Of a DNA stretch of 64,000 nucleotides, positions 1-11,717 are shown piece after piece. Location: assembly GCA_030390025.1 (NCBI GenBank), contig CM059433.1, positions 17,486,001 to 17,550,000 on the forward strand, read 5' to 3'. This DNA is from Squalus acanthias (taxonomy: Eukaryota). Within the stretch, counting starts at the first letter, position 1. Every line of letters begins with the position of its first letter. A program made the translations under genes and the position numbers. The notes under the pieces were generated by a model. The model saw only the letters and a list, made by a program, of their open reading frames with translations, searched no databases and was not told where the DNA came from.

Positions 1-1765
1 TAAGGAAATGGCAGACCAACTAAATGCATACTTTGGGTCAGTCTTTACGAAGGAAGACACAAAAAACCTCCCTGGGATATCGGGAAAAATAGGGACATTG
101 GCAAAGGAGGAACTGACGCAAATCAATATCTCTAAGGATATGGTGTTAAGGAAGCTAAAGGGATTGAAGGTGGACAAATCCCCAGGGCCTGATAACATGC
201 ATCCTAGGGTACTGAAGGAGGTGGCCCTAGAGATAGCGGATGCACTAAGTATGATTTTTCAGAATTCATTAGACTCGGGAACGGTGCCCATGGATTGGAG
301 GGTAGCTAACGTTACCCCACTATTCAAAAAGGGGGGTAGGGAAAAAGCAGGTAATTACAGACCTGTAAGCCTTACATCAGTTGTGGGCAAAATGCTGGAG
401 TCCATCATTAAGGATGAAATAGCGGAGCACTTAGCAAATGGGGACAGGATAGGACAGAGTCAACATGGATTTACAAAGGGTAAATCGTGCTTGACGAATC
501 TATTGGAATTTTTTGAGGGAGTAACTGGTAAAATAGATGGGGGAGAGCCAGTAGATGTGGTGTACCTGGACTTCCAAAAGGCCTTCGACAAGGTCCCACA
601 TAAAAGATTAGCATGGAAAATTGAAGCTCATGGGATAAAGGGGAAAGTATTGACGTGGATAGAGAACTGGCTGTCAGATAGAAAACAGAGAGTTGGAATA
701 AACGGCTCATTTTCTGAATGGCAGGCAGTAACAAGTGGGGTACCACAGGGATCTGTCCTGGGTCCCCAGCTGTTCACAATTTACATTAATGACCTGGATC
801 AGGGAGTCGGATGCAGCATTTCCAAATTTGCAGACGACACTAAACTAGGAGGGGGGGTGGGCTCAGAGGAGGAGACCAGGAAGTTCCAGAGCGATTTGGA
901 CAGACTGGGTGATTGGGCGGATAAATGGCAGATGCACTATAATGTGGACAAGTGCGAAGTTATCCACCTTGGGTGCAGGAGCGGGAGGGCAAATTATTAT
1001 TTAAATGGCAATAAATTGGGAGAGGGGGAAGTACAGAGAGACCTGGGTGTTCTTGTACACCAGTCACTGAAGGCGAGCATGCAGGTGCAACAGGCGGTCA
1101 AGAAGGCAAACGGTATGCTGGCCTTCATAGCAAAAGGGTTGGAATACAGGAACAGGGATACCTTGCTGCAGCTGTACAGGGCACTGGTGAGACCACACCT
1201 CGAGTACTGTGTACAGTTTTGGTCGCCTCATCTGAGGAAAGATGTTCTTGCCATGGAGGGGGTGCAGCGGCGATTCACCAGGCTGATACCAGGAATGGCG
1301 GGATTGACCTATGAGGAGAGACTATGTAGTTTAGGGATGTACACACTGGAGTTTAGAAGATTGAGAGGGGACCTCATAGAAGTGTATAAAATTCTGACAG
1401 GTCTAGACAGACTAGATGCAGAAGGAATGTTTCCCTTGGCGGGTGAGAACAGAACTAGAGGACATAATTTAAGGATAAGGGCTAAACCATTTAGGACAGA
1501 AATGAGGGGGAATTTCTTCACTCAGAGGGTGGTGAACCTGTGGAACTCATTGCCACAGAGGGCAGTGTACGCCAGCTCATTAAATATATTTAAGAGGGAA
1601 TTAGATATATTTCTACAGGCAAAAGGGGTTAAGGGTTACGGAGAGAAGGCGGGGACGGGATACTGAATTGGAGGATCAGCCATGATCTCATTAAATGGCG
1701 GAGCAGGCTCGAAGGGCCGGATGGCCTACTCCTGCTCCTATCTTCTATGTATCTATGTATCTATG
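1..1765 (+). mobile_element. CR1-clade LINE, 3' part (runs off the window start)
   Basis: ORF 8..1666 has RT motifs ([31 protein letters not shown]). The 3' UTR ends in short (t/a)ctatgta repeats near 1744-1765. Confidence 0.95.
8..1666 (+). CDS. CR1 ORF2 reverse transcriptase and C-terminal region (partial, uninterrupted)
   Basis: 552-aa open frame with RT motifs and the CR1-type [13 protein letters not shown] block. Confidence 0.9.
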   Translation: MADQLNAYFGSVFTKEDTKNLPGISGKIGTLAKEELTQINISKDMVLRKLKGLKVDKSPGPDNMHPRVLKEVALEIADALSMIFQNSLDSGTVPMDWRVANVTPLFKKGGREKAGNYRPVSLTSVVGKMLESIIKDEIAEHLANGDRIGQSQHGFTKGKSCLTNLLEFFEGVTGKIDGGEPVDVVYLDFQKAFDKVPHKRLAWKIEAHGIKGKVLTWIENWLSDRKQRVGINGSFSEWQAVTSGVPQGSVLGPQLFTIYINDLDQGVGCSISKFADDTKLGGGVGSEEETRKFQSDLDRLGDWADKWQMHYNVDKCEVIHLGCRSGRANYYLNGNKLGEGEVQRDLGVLVHQSLKASMQVQQAVKKANGMLAFIAKGLEYRNRDTLLQLYRALVRPHLEYCVQFWSPHLRKDVLAMEGVQRRFTRLIPGMAGLTYEERLCSLGMYTLEFRRLRGDLIEVYKILTGLDRLDAEGMFPLAGENRTRGHNLRIRAKPFRTEMRGNFFTQRVVNLWNSLPQRAVYASSLNIFKRELDIFLQAKGVKGYGEKAGTGY

Positions 1766-1992
1766 AATACCTCGAGTCTCTTCGCCGGGATCAAGCGGAA
1801 GCCAAGCGCAGGCAGCGCAAGGAGCGCACGTCAACCCAAGCACCCCACCCACCCGCCCCTTCTACCACCGTCTGCCCCACCTGTGACAGAGACTGTAGGT
1901 CCCGTATCGGACTCATCAGTCACCTGAGAACTAATTTTTAATGTGGAAGCAAGTCATCCTCGGTTCCGAGGGACTGCCTAAGAAGAAGAAGA
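1766..1992 (+). mobile_element. RTE-clade LINE 3' end
   Basis: Encodes CPTCDRDCRSRIGLISHLRT, resembling the RTE C-terminal zinc-finger-like motif. It is followed by a short UTR and an (AAG)n tail. Confidence 0.75.
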
Positions 1993-3348
1993 TTGTACAA
2001 TGGTGATCAACCTAAGGGAGGAATGTTGTTTCCCCAGACTACACAATTTAATAGGGTTTGAGTTTTTCTGATTTGAACTGATTTTAAAGCTCGCATGCAA
2101 TGAGTTAACACCTTGAGGAGGAGAAGAGAAAATTGGATGGAAATTCCCAATCCTTTGATAAATTTGCTTCTTTTTCTCTGAAGTATCCTGTTCCCACTGG
2201 TGCTGTACCCAATCGTTACAGTTGCTATACTCCTACTAATGTACATGCATAAAAGATCTGGCAGTCTGTGCCCAGCCTGATCAGCTGCACATCTGTCGGA
2301 AGCTGCTCGCGATAACTTTTGTATTGAACGTTAGGGGAGGAAAAATCCAAAAACTATGCAACTGCTTCACTCATGCTGCCATTTAAAAACAAATAACCGA
2401 ACTCTAGCCCCAAAGCCCTCAAACCCTACAGATGAAAAAATCGTACCTATTTAAAAAGCTAACTGTTAGCGCTTGATATGTCCCCCTGTTCAGGTAAAGT
2501 GTTGGTGTCGACAGCTTGTTGTCAGGGTTACAGGATGTAGGTGCATTCTTCCCTTTGTCAACCTTTTTGTAACGTATAGTTTTACATACTCAGTCATCTC
2601 TAGTTTGAGTGTATCTTAGATATACACACACAGCCATTCATACTTCACTCGAGTTTATCTTCATACTCTTGCACAAAAACTGCTGCCTCGGCCACCTTTG
2701 AGTAGCATGTTGTTAAACTCACCTATTCTGCTGCAGCTTCGGAGGGAGAAAATCACTGCAGTCTGTTGAATCTTTTCATCCTTGTCCATAGATCTACTGT
2801 ACATTATGGTCAGGCAGTTTAAATATAAATGTAAACAAATTCTACACTTGAGTCCGACAGACTGATTGGAACTTCTTCATTTAAGTTTTCTCTTCTTTTT
2901 ACTCCCGCTGCTTTCCTGAATGCTATGGGCACCCACATCGCTCTGGTAACTTGCCTGACTGACCTTTCTTCATGTACAAGTCTATATAATGAATGATGGA
3001 AAGACTGTCGACCATGAAAGACATCACAGCCAAATCCCAAGGTGTTCTCGCCTGATATTCACCCACACATAACACCAGCAGGGATCATTGGATAGCAACC
3101 AAGAGCTGAAAGCTTGGCTCATTATCGCTTCTTTAAACAGGGGCCCCTAGGCCATTGCAGTACTCTTACTGACACTCTGAACTCTTCAAAAAACCCCGCA
3201 ATCAAACTTGATACTTTCCCAGTCTGTATGGTTTAGTTAATTCTGCCCCAAACAGCCGAGCCATCAGGGAAGCCCTTCAATAACTGTTAACTTTCTAGAA
3301 AGCCCAAGGCCATCCAAGATTTGAATACTGCTCCTATACAGAATCATA

Positions 3349-4349
3349 GGCCTAGAAATTCCATTGCACCGAAGATCTGCCGGTGCCACCACAGGCCGCA
3401 GTTAACGGCCGCCCAAATTCATAGCGCATCAGCGCAACGCTAAATTTACCGTGCAAGGCTGGTTTTCCGGTGCTACTCTCAGCAGGAGGCCCAAGGTAAC
3501 GTGGCTGTAGCGTCCCTAGAACAAGAACAGCATTATCTTAAAGCTAGCCTGTCATTTTAGAAAGCAGTGTCAGTCCATTAAAGGGGATCTGCCTTCAGCA
3601 TTGTGGCCAAGAGGACGCTGTGATGGTCAGTAACAGAGGGAAGGTAAGGTGTGGGACTAATGTTGAAAGGGGAATTGGGGTTGTGCTCACTGGTACCGCA
3701 GGCAGATGATTACATCCCGGATATCCCGGCCAGAAAGAGGCTGTCTGGGTTGCATTCTTCCTTCTAATTCCTCCTCTTCTGCGTCTTCCTCTTCCCTTTG
3801 CGAGCGGATTCTGGAAATCAGAAATAAAAGCATAAAATGCTGGAAATACTCAGCAGGTCAGGCAGCATCTCAACCTGAGACTTGAACTCTGTTTCTCTCT
3901 CCACGGATACTGGCTGATCTGAGTATTTCCAGCATTTTCTGTCTTCTCAGAGGCCTTCCTTTACCATCCGAGGCCTTGCAAGCATCCAGCAGAACTCCCT
4001 GCACTCTTTAAAAAAACTTTTAACATCTATTGCACCAAGCCACTCCTTAAATAAAATGTAAAAAATCCAATTCAAAAGCTTAAATCCAAATTTACCTGAA
4101 AGCTGTGAATCTACCTTTAAGTAGCACTGACCGTGTCTATGTAGGTCTGCTGCACACTCGCTTTTCTGAGCGAGCTTAGGATCCAGCATTAAAGTCAGCG
4201 CAAAGGTCGAAGTTTGCAGAGCGTGACGTCATGACACATAAAATGACGGCTGCTGAATCCCACACCTGAGGCAGACGGAAGTGAGGCGCCCGCCATTTTT
4301 TTCAAGAAACGGGCCTTAATGAGGAACGAAGTCCGCGAATTTCTAGACC
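3349..4349. mobile_element. Non-autonomous PIF/Harbinger-type DNA transposon
   Basis: TIRs ggcctagaaatt / aatttctagacc and ATA TSD (3346-48, 4350-52). Inserted in a CR1 tail. Internally homologous to 11718-13517. Confidence 0.85.
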
Positions 4350-4352
4350 ATA

Positions 4353-5360
4353 GAATCTTATAGCACAGAAGGAAGCCATTTGGCTCATCGTGCCTGTGCC
4401 GACTGTTTGAAGGAGCTATCCAATTAGTCCCACTCAGCATTCCCGCTAAGCTGCGCAGCTGTCTGGTGGTCCCGCGCAGGCCGCTCACCGGCTTTTGAAT
4501 GGGAGATTTCGTGCATGTGCAAAATTTTGAATGGGCCACGCATCCTGTTATAGAGACCGTGCTCCCAAAGAAAAAAATAGTGGAAACATTGATCCCACTC
4601 CCCTGCTCTTTCCTCATAGCCCTGCAAATTTTTCCCCTTCAAGGATTTATCCAATTCCCTTTTGAAAGTTATTATTGAATCTGCTTCCATCACCTTTTCA
4701 GGCAGTGCATTGCAGATCTTAACAATTTACTGCGTATTTATTTTTCCTCATCTCGCCTTTGCTTCTTTTGCCAATCAACTTAAATCTGTGTCCTCTGGTT
4801 ACTGATCCTTCTGCCACTGGGAACAGTTTCTATCAAAACCCGTCATGATTTTGAACACCTCTTTAAATCTCCCTTAACCTTCTCTGCTCTAAGGAGAACA
4901 ACCCCAGTTTCTCTAGTTTCTCCAAATAACTGAAGTTTTTAATTCCTGGTACCAATCTAGTAAATCTCCTCTGCACACTCTCTAAGGCCTTGACATCCTT
5001 CGTAAAGTGTGATGCCCAGAATTGCCAACAATACTCCAGCTGGGGCCTAAACAGTGTTTTATAATGGCATAACTTCCTTGCTTTTGTACTTTATGCTTCT
5101 ATTTATAAAGCCATGGATCCTGTCTGCCTTTTTAACAGCCTTCTCAACTTGTCCTGCCACCTTCAAAGATTTGTGTACATACACCCCCCAGGACACTCTG
5201 TTCCTGCACCCTCTTCAAAATTGTGCCATTTAGTTTATATTGCCTCTCCTCATGTTTCCTACCAAAATGAATCACTTCACACTTCTCTGTATTAAATTTC
5301 ATCTGCCATGTGACTGCCCATTTCACCAGTCTGTCTCTGTCCTCCTGAAGTCTGTTACTC
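4353..5360 (-). mobile_element. CR1 LINE 3' fragment, decayed
   Basis: Minus-strand ORF2 remnants (WQMKFNTEKCEVIHFGRK, EADSIITFKRELDK) plus 3' UTR. Confidence 0.9.
4435..4591. mobile_element. hAT-like MITE (157 bp)
   Basis: Imperfect TIRs cagcattcccgcta / tagtggaaacattg and an 8-bp TSD gtcccact / atcccact. It interrupts the CR1 3' UTR. Confidence 0.7.
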
Positions 5361-8050
5361 TCATAGAATCATAGAAACTTACAGCACAGAAGGAGGCCAT
5401 TTGGCCCATCGTGCCTGTGCTGGCTCTTTGAAAGAGCAGTCGTGCTTAGTCCCACATCCTCGCTTTTTGTCCGTAACCCTGTAAGTTCCTCATCCTCAAG
5501 TACCTGTCCAACTCCCTTTTAAAATTATTTATGGGATCAGCTTCCACCACCTTTTGGGCAACACGGTGGCATAGTGGTTAGCACTGTTGCCTCACAGCGC
5601 CAGGGACCCGGGTTCGAATCCGGCCTCGGGTGACTGTCTGTGTGGAGTTTGCACATTCTCCCCGTGTCTGCGTGGGTTTCCTCCGGGTGCTCCGGTTTCC
5701 TCCCACAGTCTAAAGATGTGCGGGTTAGGTTGATTTGGCTGTGATAAATTGACCCTTAGTGTTAGGGGGGATTAAATACGTGAGGTTATGGGATAGGGTG
5801 GGATATGTGTCGGTGCAGGCTCGATGGGCCGAAATGGCCTCTATCTGCACTGTGGGGATTCTGTGAAATTCTGTGAAACCTTTTCAGGTCGAGCGTCAGA
5901 TCCTGACAACTCTCTGAGTGAAAACATTTCTCCTCGTCTCCCCTCTAGATCTTTTGTCAATGATTTTGAATCTTTGACCTCTGGTTATTGACCCACTCGC
6001 CAGAGGGAATAGTTTTCCTCTATCTACTCTATCAAAACTTCTCATCATCTTGAAAACTCTATTAGGTCACTTCTTAACCTTCTCTGTTCCAAGGAGAACT
6101 GTCTTAACCTTTCCAACCTCTCCTCATAACTGAAGTCCCTCTTCTCTGGTATCATCCTGGTAAACCTCCTCTGCACCCTTTCTAAGGCCTTTACATCTTT
6201 CCTGAAGTGTGATGCCCAGAATTGTCCACAATACTCCAGCTGAGGTCTAACCAGTGATTTGTAAACTTCTAGCATGATCTCTTTGCTTTTATATTCTATT
6301 CCTCAATTTATAAACCCAAGTAACCCATACACTTTTTTAACCATCATGTTAACTTGCCGTGCCACCTTTAAGGATTTGTGTAAATGGACACCGAGGTCTC
6401 TCTGTTCATCTACACTTTTCAAAATCATGCCATTTCTAGTGTACAGTCTTTCCATATTAGTCCTCCTAAAGTGCATCACTTCATACTTCTCCGCATTGAA
6501 CTCCATCTGCCATGTTTCTGCCCATTTCACCATCTGTCTATGTCATCCTGAAGCCTATAACTATCCTCATCGCTATCTACTACTTTGCCAAGTTTCGTAT
6601 CATCTGCAAACTTTATAATGCTGCTCCCTACACCTGAGTCTAGGTCATTTATAAAAATTGTGAAGAGTAATGGACCCAAACCTGACCCTTGCGAAACACC
6701 ACTGCAAACCACCCCTCAATGTGCAAAATATCCATCCACCACCACCCTTTGCTTCCTGTCACTGAGCCAATTCTGTATCCATACCGCCACTTCCCCCTTA
6801 ATTCCATGGTCTTCCATCTTCTTAGTAAGCCTCCTGTGTGGCACTTTGTCGAATGCCTTCTGAAAGTCCATATATACAACATCTACTACACTACCTTGAT
6901 CAACCTTCTTTGTTAGCTCATCAAAGAATTCAATCAGGTTAGTCAAACATGATTTGTCTTTAACAAATCCATACTGGTTCTCCTTGATTAACCAATGATT
7001 TTCCAAATGAACATTTATTTTGTCCCTGATAATGGTTTCCAATAGCTTCCCCACCACCGATGTTAGGCTGACTGGCCTGTAGTTTACTGGTTTATCCCTC
7101 TCTAATGCTTCATCCTGGTTCCCCTCTCCCAGCCAAATTAGTTTAACCCCCCCCTCCACAGCACTAGTTAACCTCTCTGTGAGGACATTGGTCCCAGCCC
7201 TGTTAAGGTGTAACCCGTCCATCTTGTACAGGTCGCTCCTGCCTCAGAACTGGTCCTAATGCCCCAGGAATCTGAAGCTCTCCCTCCTGCACCATTTCTC
7301 CAGCCTTGCGTTAGCCTGGATTATCTTACTGCAACTATACTCACTAGGACGTAGCACTGGGAGTAATCCAGAGATTACTACCTTTGAGGTCCTGCTCTTT
7401 AACTTCCTCCCTAGCTCCTGAAACTGTGTCTGTAGGACCTCAACTCTTTTCCTACCTACATCATTGGTTCCAACATGGACCACGACTTCCGACTGTTCGC
7501 CTTCCTCCTGCAAAATGATCTGCACCCTCTCAGTGATCTCCTTTACTCTGGCACCAGGGAGGCAGCACACCTTGGGAGAGTCACGTCGGCGGTTGCAGAA
7601 ACGCCTATCTATCCCCCTGCCTATCAAATGGCCTATAGCAACTGCATTTCTACACTTCGCTGTGCCCCCTGTGCAGTCATTTTCCCCACGGTGCCCTGGA
7701 TGTGCTCGAGACAGCACTTCCCAAGGTGTCGACACCCTCACAGTACTGAAAACTGGTTTGAGAGTGCCACGCTCCAGAGGATTCCTGCACTGCCTGCCTC
7801 TTCCTACCCTGCTCGATGGTCACCCACTTACTCTCCTCTTTGAACTCTCTGTGGCTGCGGGGGTGACCACCTCCAGGAACCTGCGATCCAGGAAATTCTC
7901 AGCCTCCCGTATGCCCTGCAATGACTCCAGCCACTCCTCAAGCTCAGAAACCCTGTTCGAGCAGCTGGAGGCACTTCCTGCACACGTGGTTATCCAGGAC
8001 ACATGAAGTGTCCTAATGTTCCCACATGGCACAAGAATTGCAGGCAACGG
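5361..8050 (-). mobile_element. CR1 LINE with ORF1 remnants and internally deleted ORF2
   Basis: ORF1 zinc-finger and esterase fragments at 7140-8047 and RT fragments at 5900-7100. The endonuclease region is missing at a junction near 7095. Confidence 0.9.
5556..5877 (+). mobile_element. tRNA-derived V-SINE (HE1-like shark SINE)
   Basis: A box (tggcatagtgg), B box (ggttcgaatcc), V-domain core ttctccccgtgtctgcgtgggtttcctccgggtgctccggtttcctcccaca, CR1-like attctgtga tail, and TSD acctttt. Confidence 0.9.
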
Positions 8051-8947
8051 GTCTATATATGTATGTCTCTTGTGTTATATATATATATGTTTTAGTTTAG
8101 TATCCCCTTAACTCCTATTTATTATTCAATTTTTATTTAATACAATTCGGATCCTTTTAATGTATCCTCTACTTTAATTTTAATTTTATCCTCTTAGATC
8201 TAGTTGATTGCTGATTATTTATTGATATATTTACTGTTGCCCCTTGGTTTAAATTACTTCGCACCTCCTTCCCCCTCTGCTCCCTATTCCCCCCCCTCAC
8301 CAAATTCCCGTTTTTAATGTCCTCACTCTGTTTGCAATTCACTCCGTTAAGCAGATTCGTCCAACTCTTGTCCTCTGTGCTCAAAGCTCTGTACTTTTGC
8401 AAAGGAAACTCTTCCAACACCTCTCTCACACTCTTGGACCAGATTCAAGGGAAATCTTGTCTGATTGATGATCCTTCTCTTGCCAATGGTCTCCAACGCC
8501 TTTTTTTCTCCATTGCAACCTTTCTGGTTTCAGTTTTTATTAATGCTATAATCAGTGCTCCGGTGAACGTTTCCTCTTTTGTTCCTCCTGAGCTGAGACG
8601 GCACTGTTCTTCAAAGTTTTCCTCCTCGCTGTATTAAAATCAAGACTCATTGCATCGTCTCATACTGTAACTCATTTTTTTCCCTGAACCTCAAAACCAT
8701 GGAGCCTCTCATGTTCCTCAGTGTTTCCTTCCTTTTACAGTATATAACCTTTAAAAACCCAGGCTTGGTGTCACCTATTCACTCTTTCTTGATTTACCTT
8801 GTCCTTTTTTTTTCTCTTTTCAACCTTGGTGGTGTCCTGTAGTATGGGTATTTACTCTTCACTTTGCTCGCTCAACATAACTTAAAATAGTTTTAAAAAA
8901 TGCATGACAAGAAAATTCACACTTAAGCCAATAGTGTCAATGTTTCT

Positions 8948-9075
8948 CATGATGTGGAGATGCCGGCGTTGGACTGGGGTGGACAAAAATGAGAAGTCGC
9001 ACAACACCAGGTTATAGTCCAACAGATTTATTTAAAATTACAAGCTTTCGGAGCTATCGCCCCTTCGTCAGGTAG
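8948..9075 (-). mobile_element. Penelope-like element terminal fragment with hammerhead-like core
   Basis: The minus strand reads CTGACGA-aggggcgatagctcc-GAAA. Homologous to 39552-39666. Confidence 0.55.
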
Positions 9076-9671
9076 AGTTACTGTGAGACAATCTACCAGA
9101 ATTCACAGAATATAAACACAGAGAAAATGCAGAGATTCAATCTTTCCCGACATCTCATGTAATACTCTTATTTCATCACCTCAACTTGCTCCCACTACTG
9201 GCGTTAGACCTGTAACCAGAAGTTACTTCATCAAAGTGTTATATAGCTCAAAATGCTTTCTCTAGGCAAGTTTGGAAGGACAAAATCTAAAATTGTACTG
9301 CAGGATGCCTTTTACCGTTCAAGTGAACATAGTGACATAGTCAGTAATTTCACACATACTGAAATCCTAATGACAACCCTGCACTGAATTGCTTTGAAGT
9401 GTGCTCTTTTTATTTTGATGCTGATGCATTGTGATGCTTCCTGCAGTTCCAGGGTAAACAAGCATTTTATCCAAGACAATGCTGGAGGCCATCATCTGTT
9501 TACTGACCATTGAAATAAGATTCAGCATTCTCCAAGGATGAAGGCAGTGACCCCTAAAGCAGGACAGTAACAGATCGCCGTGACAATTTGAAAATGATAA
9601 TTTAAACAATGTAAAGTTATTCATTTGCCAGAATTATGACAGGCACTGGAGCATTTCCAGGTGGTTACAGT

Positions 9672-9714
9672 GTGGTGGTGGGGGTGGGGGGGGGGGGGGG
9701 GGGGGGGGGGTGGG
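9672..9714 (+). repeat. Poly-G / G-rich tract (G-quadruplex-prone)
   Basis: A run of more than 20 consecutive G, flanked by shorter GG/GGG runs. Confidence 0.85.
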
Positions 9715-10202
9715 TGCGGTGTGAAGGGAGTGGAAAACAATGCTGAAGCATCATGATAAAATTCTGTCTTTTTTATTTGTCACCAACTATTTTACCAACA
9801 AATCCTTCTTGGCGTCTGCCCAGTGCATTTTTCGGTTCTCGCTCCTCAAAAAACAAAGTTTGCGCAACGGGTTTTCTGTCAGTGGGATTACCATCTTGAT
9901 AGAAAGGGAAACAGCCAGAAGAGTCACCCATCACAATGACATCCCACTCAAGTCCCACAAGTGATGTTTTGTGATTCCTAGTTACATCATCAGTCGAAGG
10001 AAAAAAAACAGGAAGAAAAATTGTAACTGTTTCTCCGGTTCACTGATGCTTTTCAAAGGATGTTACATACTTATTTTTGGCAGTTTGTTTGTGCTGCCAT
10101 CATATATCATTACTAATGCAACAAAAGGAGAGTTAAAACAAGGATGCTCTTGTAAACAGAAGTGGCATTCTTGCTGAATAATACTTCACAAGTAATGTTA
10201 TT

Positions 10203-10967
10203 GGGCCGTATTTTGCGACCCCTACGGGTGCATATGAGGTGAGTACGCACCCGCAGGGGCCGCGCAAGTGCCGGGTTTAGGCGTGCGAAGCGCATGCGCT
10301 GAAACCCGGCACTTGCGATCTGTCAAGAATCTTCTCGACAGATCCTCCGCATCCCCAGGAAAAGGGCCTCTGCGGGTGGAGAGTTGCGCTATTTGCCCAA
10401 CTTCCACCCGCTGAAAGGCCGTGGAATTCTTACGCCTGGTAAAAACAGACATAAGGCCTGCTTTTGCCAGCATGAGAGTTTTAAAAAATAGAAAAATAAA
10501 ATGTTATCACTCACCTTATTGGACAGGGTCTTTAATGTATAAGTAAGTTTATATTTAGCCCCATTAAAACATACATTTTTTTTTCCAAAAAATTAAATTT
10601 TTGTTTAAAGTATTTAATTAAATGCCATTTTAATTAATTTTATATAATGTTTTTTAAAAAATTATTTCATGTGTTCGTGTATTTTTTAAGTCATCGCCAT
10701 TCATACTTATGACAGTTCCGTACGTACGGAACTCGCATAAGTATGAAGGGGGATTCTCTTCTTTCATTGGTTGGGCCGGTCCACGTGATCCCAGGTGATT
10801 GCGAACCACATGCGTCCCTGGGATACGTGGGCTTCTACGCATTTCTACCAGGAGAGGCCCAGGATTGCGAAGCCTCCGTATCTCCCGGACCCCCAGGTAA
10901 ATGCGCAGATTTTTTGATGATCGGAGGCATCCGCCCGCGGGAAGCCTCCGATCGCAAATTCAGGCCC
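10203..10967. mobile_element. PIF/Harbinger-type MITE
   Basis: TIRs gggccgtattttgcga / tcgcaaattcaggccc and ATT TSD. GC-rich arms surround an AT-rich core. Confidence 0.85.
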
Positions 10968-11717
10968 ATTATATACCCATTGAAAGCCAACATAAAAAAG
11001 ATAATACAAGGGCGATGGGAGCATAGAGACCTAACTTAAAATCTGCGCAACCATTCATTCTCAGTGCCACCATCAAAAATGTCAGCTTCACCATGACTTG
11101 ATTGAGCGGGTGAGCAAATCCGTTTCCTGTATTATGCTAATGCAGTTTTTAAAAAGTTGTTCCACTGGGCCAATCAATGGTTCTGTGGCTAAACACACTG
11201 CTGGCGTGGTATGGAGCCATACAGCAACTTACACTTCTTTTGCACTCTCATGAGCTTAGAGATGTTTTTGCGGGTGTTACAGGAAGTGTGGACATCAGGT
11301 TGAATATGCCAAGTTGCCAAGTGTGGCTGGATGGTAATGTGGGTGTTAGATTGGACTAATTGATATAGAATCATAGAATGGTTACAGCACAGAAGGAGGC
11401 CATTCGGCCAGTTGAGCCCGTGCCGGCTCTCTGCAAGAGCACTTCAGCTAGTCCCACTCCCCCGCCCTGTCCCCGTAGCCCTGCAATTTTTTCCCTTCCG
11501 ATACTTATCCAATTCCCTTTTGCAAGCCACGATTGAGTCTGCCTCCACCACCCTTTCAGGCAGTGCATTCCAGATCATAAGCACTCGCTGCGTAAAAAAG
11601 TTTTTCCCCACGTCGCCTTTGGTTCTTCTGCCAATCACCTTAAATCTGTGTCCTCTGGTTCTCGACCCTTCCGCCAATGGGAACAGTTTCTCTCTATCTA
11701 CTCTGTCCAGACCCATC

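Noticed and set aside
5556..5630. tRNA genes (also 30979, 45604, about 22940)
   Set aside because: The A/B boxes are SINE heads that continue into SINE bodies or are degenerate. No complete cloverleaf.
8320..8630. Minus-strand exon candidates (also about 2723-2793)
   Set aside because: Splice-like sites are present, but the peptides are unrecognised or stop-interrupted, and there are no partner exons.
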